In this document: positions 50,201 through 56,200 of the stretch, one piece after another | Numbering within the stretch: position 1 is the first letter of the stretch | Layout of the letters: each line of letters begins with the position of its first letter | Assembly (NCBI GenBank): GCA_032718475.1 | Contig: JAUCBJ010001977.1 | Span: 1 to 64,000, forward strand | Reading direction: 5' to 3' | Length of the DNA stretch: 64,000 bases | Source: Nemertoderma westbladi | Lineage: Eukaryota; Animalia; Xenacoelomorpha | Made by a program: the position numbers and the translations under genes | Notes under the pieces: generated by a model | Databases searched by the model: none | What the model was told of the DNA's origin: nothing | What the model saw: only the letters and a program-made list of their open reading frames with translations

Positions 50201-53200
50201 AGGAGATTAGTAAAATGGCCAAAATGGGAGGTTAGTAAAATGGTCAAATGTGGAGATTAGTAAAATGGTCAAAAGGGTAGATTAGTAAAATGGTCAAAAG
50301 GGGAAATTAGTAAAATGGTCAAAATGGGAGATTAGTAAAGTGGTCATAAAGTGGAGATTAGTTAAATGGTCAAAAGTGGAGATTAGCAAAATGGCCAAAA
50401 GGGGAGATTAGTAAAATGGTCAAAATGGTCATAAAGAGGGGATTAGTAAAATGGCCAAAATGGGAGGTTAGTAAAATGGTCAAAATGGGAGATTAGTAAA
50501 ATGGTCAAAAGGGGAGGTTAGTAAAATGGTCATATAGAGGAGATTAGTAAAATGGCCAAAATGGAAGGTTAGTAAAATGGCCAAAATGGGAGATTAGTAA
50601 AATGGTCAAAAGGGGAGGTTAGTAAAATGGTCATATAGAGGAGATTAGTAAAATGGCCAAAATGGAAGGTTAGTAAAATGGCCAATATGGGATGTTAGTA
50701 AAATGGTCAAAATGGGAGATTAGTAAAATGGTCAAAAGGGGAGATTAGTAAAATGGTCAAAAGGGGAGATTAGTTAAATGGTCAAAAGGGGAGATTAGTA
50801 AAATGGTCAAAAGGGGAGATTAGTAAAATGGTCAAAGGGGGAGATTAGTAAAATGGTCATAAAGAGGAGATTAGTAAAATGGCCAAAATGGGAGGTTAGT
50901 AAAATGGTCAAATGTGGAGATTAGTAAAATGGCCAAAAGGGGAGATTAGTAAAATTGTCTAAATGGTCATAAAGAGGAGATTAGTAAAATGGCCAATATG
51001 GGAGATTAGTAAAATGGCCAATATGGGAGGTTAGTAAAATGGTCAAAAGGGGAGGTTAGTAAAATGGTCACAAGGGGAGATTAGTAAAATGGTCAAAAGG
51101 GGAGATTAGTTAAATGGTCAAAAGGGGAGATTAGTAAAATGGTCAAAAGGGGAGATTAGTAAAATGGTCAAAGGGGGAGATTAGTAAAATGGTCATAAAG
51201 AGGAGATTAGTAAAATGGCCAAAATGGGAGGTTAGTAAAATGGTCAAATGTGGAGATTAGTAAAATGGCCAAAAGGGGAGATTAGTAAAATTGTCTAAAT
51301 GGTCATAAAGAGGAGATTAGTAAAATGGCCAATATGGGAGATTAGTAAAATGGCCAATATGGGAGGTTAGTAAAATGGTCAAAAGGGGAGGTTAGTAAAA
51401 TGGTCACAAGGGGAGATTAGTAAAATGGTCAAAAGGGGAGATTAGTTAAATGATCAAAATGGGAGGTTAGTAAAATGGTCACAATGGGAGGTTAGTAAAA
51501 TGGTCATAAAGAGGAGATTAGTTAAATGGTCAAAAGGGGATATTAGTAAAATGGTCAAAATGGGAGATAAGTAAAATGGTCAAAATGGTCATAAAGATGA
51601 GATTAGTAAAATGGTCAAAAGGGGAGGTTAGTAAAATGGTCACAAGGGGAGATTAGTAAAATGGTCAAAAGGGGAGATTAGTTAAATGATCAAAATGGGA
51701 GGTTAGTAAAATGGTCAAAATGGGAGATTAGTAAAATGGTCAAAAGGGGAGGTTAGTAAAATGGTCAAAAGGGGAGATTAGTAAAATGGTCAAAAGGGGA
51801 GATTAGTTAAATGGTCAAAATGGGAGATTAGTAAAATGGTCAAAAGGGAAGATTAGTAAAATGATCATAAAGAGGAGATTAGTAAAATGGCCAAAATGGG
51901 AGGTTAGTAAAATGGTCAAATGTGGAGATTAGTAAAATGGCCAAAAGGGGAGATTAGTAAAATGGTCAAAATGGTCATAAAGAGGAGATTAGTAAAATGG
52001 CCAATATGGGAGGTCAGTAAAATGGTCAAAATGGGAGATTAGTAAAATGGTCAAAAGGGGAGCTTAGTAAAATGGTTAAAAGGGTAGATTAGTAAAATGG
52101 TCAAAAGGGGGAGGTAAGTAAAATGGTCAAAATGGGAGATTAGAAAAGTGGTCATAAAGTGGAGATTAGTTAAATGGTCCAAAGGGGAGATTAGTAAAAT
52201 GGTCAAAAGGGGAGATTAGTAAAATGGTCATAAAGAGGAGATTAGTAAAATGGTCAAAAGGGGAGATTAGTAAAATGGTCAAAAGGGGAGATTAGTAAAA
52301 TGGTCATAAAGATGAGATTAGTAAAATGGCCAATATGGGAGGTTAGTAAAATGGTCAAAATGGGAGATTAGTAAAATGGTCAAAAGGGGAGGTTAGTAAA
52401 ATGGTCAAAAGGGGAGATTAGTAAAATGGTCAAAAGGGGAGATTAGTAAAATGGTCAAAATGGGAGATTAGTAAAGTGGTCATAAAGTGGTCATAAAGTG
52501 GAGATTAGTTAAATGGTCAAAAGTGGAGATTAGCAAAATGGCCAAAAGGGGAGATTAGTAAAATGGTCAAAATGGTCATAAAGAGGAGATTAGTAAAATG
52601 GCCAAAATGGGAGGTTAGTAAAATGGTCAAAAGGGTAGATTAGTAAAATGGCCAAAAGGGGAGATTAGTAAAATGGTCAAAATGGTCATAAAGAGGAGAT
52701 TAGTAAAATGGCCAAAATGGGAGGTTAGTAAAATGGTCAAAAGGGTAGATTAGTAAAATGGTCAAAAGTGGAGATTAGCAAAATGGCCAAAAGGGGAGAT
52801 TAGTAAAATGGTCAAAATGGTCATAAAGAGGGGATTAGTAAAATGGCCAAAATGGGAGGTTAGTAAAATGGTCAAAATGGGAGATTAGTAAAATGGTCAA
52901 AAGGGGAGGTTAGTAAAATGGTCATATAGAGGAGATTAGTAAAATGGCCAAAATGGAAGGTTAGTAAAATGGCCAATATGGGATGTTAGTAAAATGGTCA
53001 AAATGGGAGATTAGTAAAATGGTCAAAAGGGGAGATTAGTAAAATGGTCAAAAGGGGAGATTAGTAAAATGGTCAAAAGGGGAGATTAGTAAAATGGTCA
53101 AAAGGGGAGATTAGTAAAATGGTCAAAATGGGAGGTTAGTAAAATGGTCAAAATGGGAGGTTAGTAAAATGGTCAAAAGGGGAGGTTAGTAAAATGGTCA

Positions 53201-56200
53201 TAAAGAGGAGATTAGTAAAATGGTCAAAAGGGGAGATTAGTAAAATGGTCAAAAGGGGAGATTAGTAAAATGGCCAATATGGGAGGTTAGTAAAATGGTC
53301 AAAATGGGAGATTAGTAAAATGGCCAAAAGGGGAGATTAGTAAAATGGTCAAAAGGGGAGATTAGTAAAATGGTCAAAAGGGGAGATTAGTAAAATGGTC
53401 AAAAGGGGAGATTAGTAAAATGGTCAAAAGGGGAGATTAGTAAAATGGCCAATATGGGAGGTTAGTAAAATGGTCAAAATGGGAGATTAGTAAAATGGCC
53501 AAAAGGGGAGATTAGTAAAATGGCCAAAAGGGGAGATTAGTAAAATGGTCAAAAGTGGAGATTATTAAAATGGCCAAAATGGGAGATTAGCAAAATGTTC
53601 AAAGGGGGAGATTAGTAAAATGGTCATAAAGAGGAGATTAGTAAAATGGCCAAAATGGGAGGTTAGTAAAATGGCCAAAAGGGGAGATTAGCAAAATGTT
53701 CAAAAGGGGAGATTAGTAGTAAAATGGTCAAAATGGTAGGTTAGTAAAATTGTCCAAAAGAGGAGATTAGTAAAATGGCCAAAATGGGAGGTTAGTAAAA
53801 TGGCCAAAAGGGGAGATTAGTAAAATGGTCAAAAGGGGAGGTTAGTAAAATGGCCAAAAGGGGAGATTAGTAAAATGGTCAAAAGGGGAGATTAGTAAAA
53901 TGGTCAAAAGGGGAGATTAGTAAAATGGTCAAAAGGGGAGATTAGTAAAATGGTCAAAATGGGAGATTAGTAAAATGGCCAAAAGGGGAGATTAGTAAAA
54001 TGGTCAAAAGGGGAGATTAGTAAAATGGTCAAAATGGGAGATTAGTAAAATGGCCAAAAGGGGAGATTAGTAAAATGGCCAAAAGGGGAGATTAGTAAAA
54101 TGGTCAAAATGGGAGATTAGTAAAATGGTCATAAAGAGGATATTAGTAAAATGGCTCAAAAGTGTAGGTTTGTAAAATGGTCAAAAGTGGAGATTAGTGA
54201 AAATTTAGCAAAATGGGAGTTAGTAAAATGGTCAAGAGTGTAGGTTAGTAAAATGGACAAAATGGGAGGGTTAGTAAAATTATCAACCCGAAAGGTTTCC
54301 GTGCCACTATTTATTCGTTTATTTACTTTATGTAACGCGTTTCCTACAAATTAAGGATAAAAATATGTGGATGGGTTCTGTAACGTAGTTTACAACCTGA
54401 ATGTTCTTGAACCAGTATCACCCACTTTAAACTGTACTGTATTCTTTGACAGGACAGAATAAAACAATGATTAGGAGTAATGGGTTTACGACTCACTGCA
54501 CTTATATTCAACTCTCTAGACTCGAATCGAATTCTTCACCCCCCCCCCCCCCCCCCCCCCCCCACCCCATCCGCAACATGATTAAATGATTTAGTATGAT
54601 TTCTGGTCTACCGAATAGCCAATCGTTCCAAAGGTCAAGCCTACAGTAAATAACGAAAGAAACAAGCTGACTATAGATATATCAGTTCAAAACATGATTA
54701 TGCTCTGGTTGCCGCAAAATGATCACCTTAAAGGGAAATCTTTGAGGGGCAATCTTATTTGACTGATGCATTCGTTGATAACAATTATTAATATATATAA
54801 ATAGGTGATTTATAAACCGGAATTACATTGTTATTATTAATTGACGATGGAAATAGAAGCGCTTCATGGATCTCGGATTGGCGCAATCGGTGTTCGACTT
54901 CGTTATCCCGTATCTACAGGGACTGGTAATAAAGAAGTTGGAGAACGGTGATCCTGTTTCTGTTGCCATTTGCGAAAAACTCATGGGTGATTTGGGGAAG
55001 ATTAACAAAGGCGTCAATGCCTTGCAGGAAGCCGATTTGAAAGCAGCTGAGAATCACATCAAGGAAGCCATAATCAATAGAGAGAAGGGTAATAGAGAAG
55101 ACACAATGAAGTTGCTCGAGAAAGCGATGGAGGAAGCTAACAACGCCGAAACAACGGACCCTTCGTATCCCGTCAAAATTCGAGCGATAACATTGTACAT
55201 CACCGCCACGCTCGGTCGTTTCGGTGCGGCGGCCATTAAAAAGGAATCCCAACTCGCAAATACAAGTCTCGACGATATCGATCTGAAACTCAAAAGGAAG
55301 ATACACATAAACCTTATTCACGCGCTCAATAAGTTAGCCAGGATCACGGAGATCTCCGCTATAGAGCGGGAAGTAAACGAAGTTGGGATGCAAGGAAAAC
55401 TCGCCAAAATAAAAGGGCGATTCTTTAAGAGCTACAAGGACGCGGAGATGGCTGCTAAAGAGATAAAGTTCTTCTGTTTCGAGCAGCTGATCCGCGAGCA
55501 CGATGAGGCCTTCCCTCTGCTCTCTTATTACTCTGAAATATTTCCAGACGAAAGGAAACCGATGGTCCATGCCAAATCGCTGTTTAAACAGATGGTGCAG
55601 ATCAGCGGAGCACCACAGACAATGGTGCAGGATGGTGAACAAATCTACGTGATAGACGCACACGCAACCATAGCGATATACGATTACTATTCCCTGCAAT
55701 TTCAAAGGAATGTTGAACTAGATCTGGAATACGACGAAGTTCTCGCGATGTACTTCACAGATAAGGAAGAGTTGGAAGTGGTAATACTGAGCCAAATCAA
55801 GGGCGATAGGATATTACAAGCCACAGTAGTTGAGCTGACGTTCTTTGGAGTTGAATCGAAAGCGCGGTTGAACTACGGGACGGCACTGGATTGTTACAGC
55901 TACGACGGTTCCACTGGCACGGTGGTTGCCGTTGTGGAAGGCGACTTATATTCATGGAACAGCCGAGATCGAAAGATAACCGACTTTACTCTGATGGAGA
56001 AAGGAAAGAAGGGAGTTTCTGTCCTCGATATAAAAGCGGAAGGAGATAAAGTGATAAAACTAATCAAAGATGGAAGCGAGCAAACCAAAGTCCAATACGA
56101 AGACCAGGAGACGGCAGGACAGTTGTTGCTTGGATACAGGGACAACACCCCTTACTTTACTAACGCGGGTCACGCCTTTAAGTACCACAGGAATGAAGGC

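Noticed and set aside
35526-54284. Telomere-like GGTTAG hexamers in the satellite
   Set aside because: At most one hexamer per 25-bp monomer, never tandem (TTAGGG)n.
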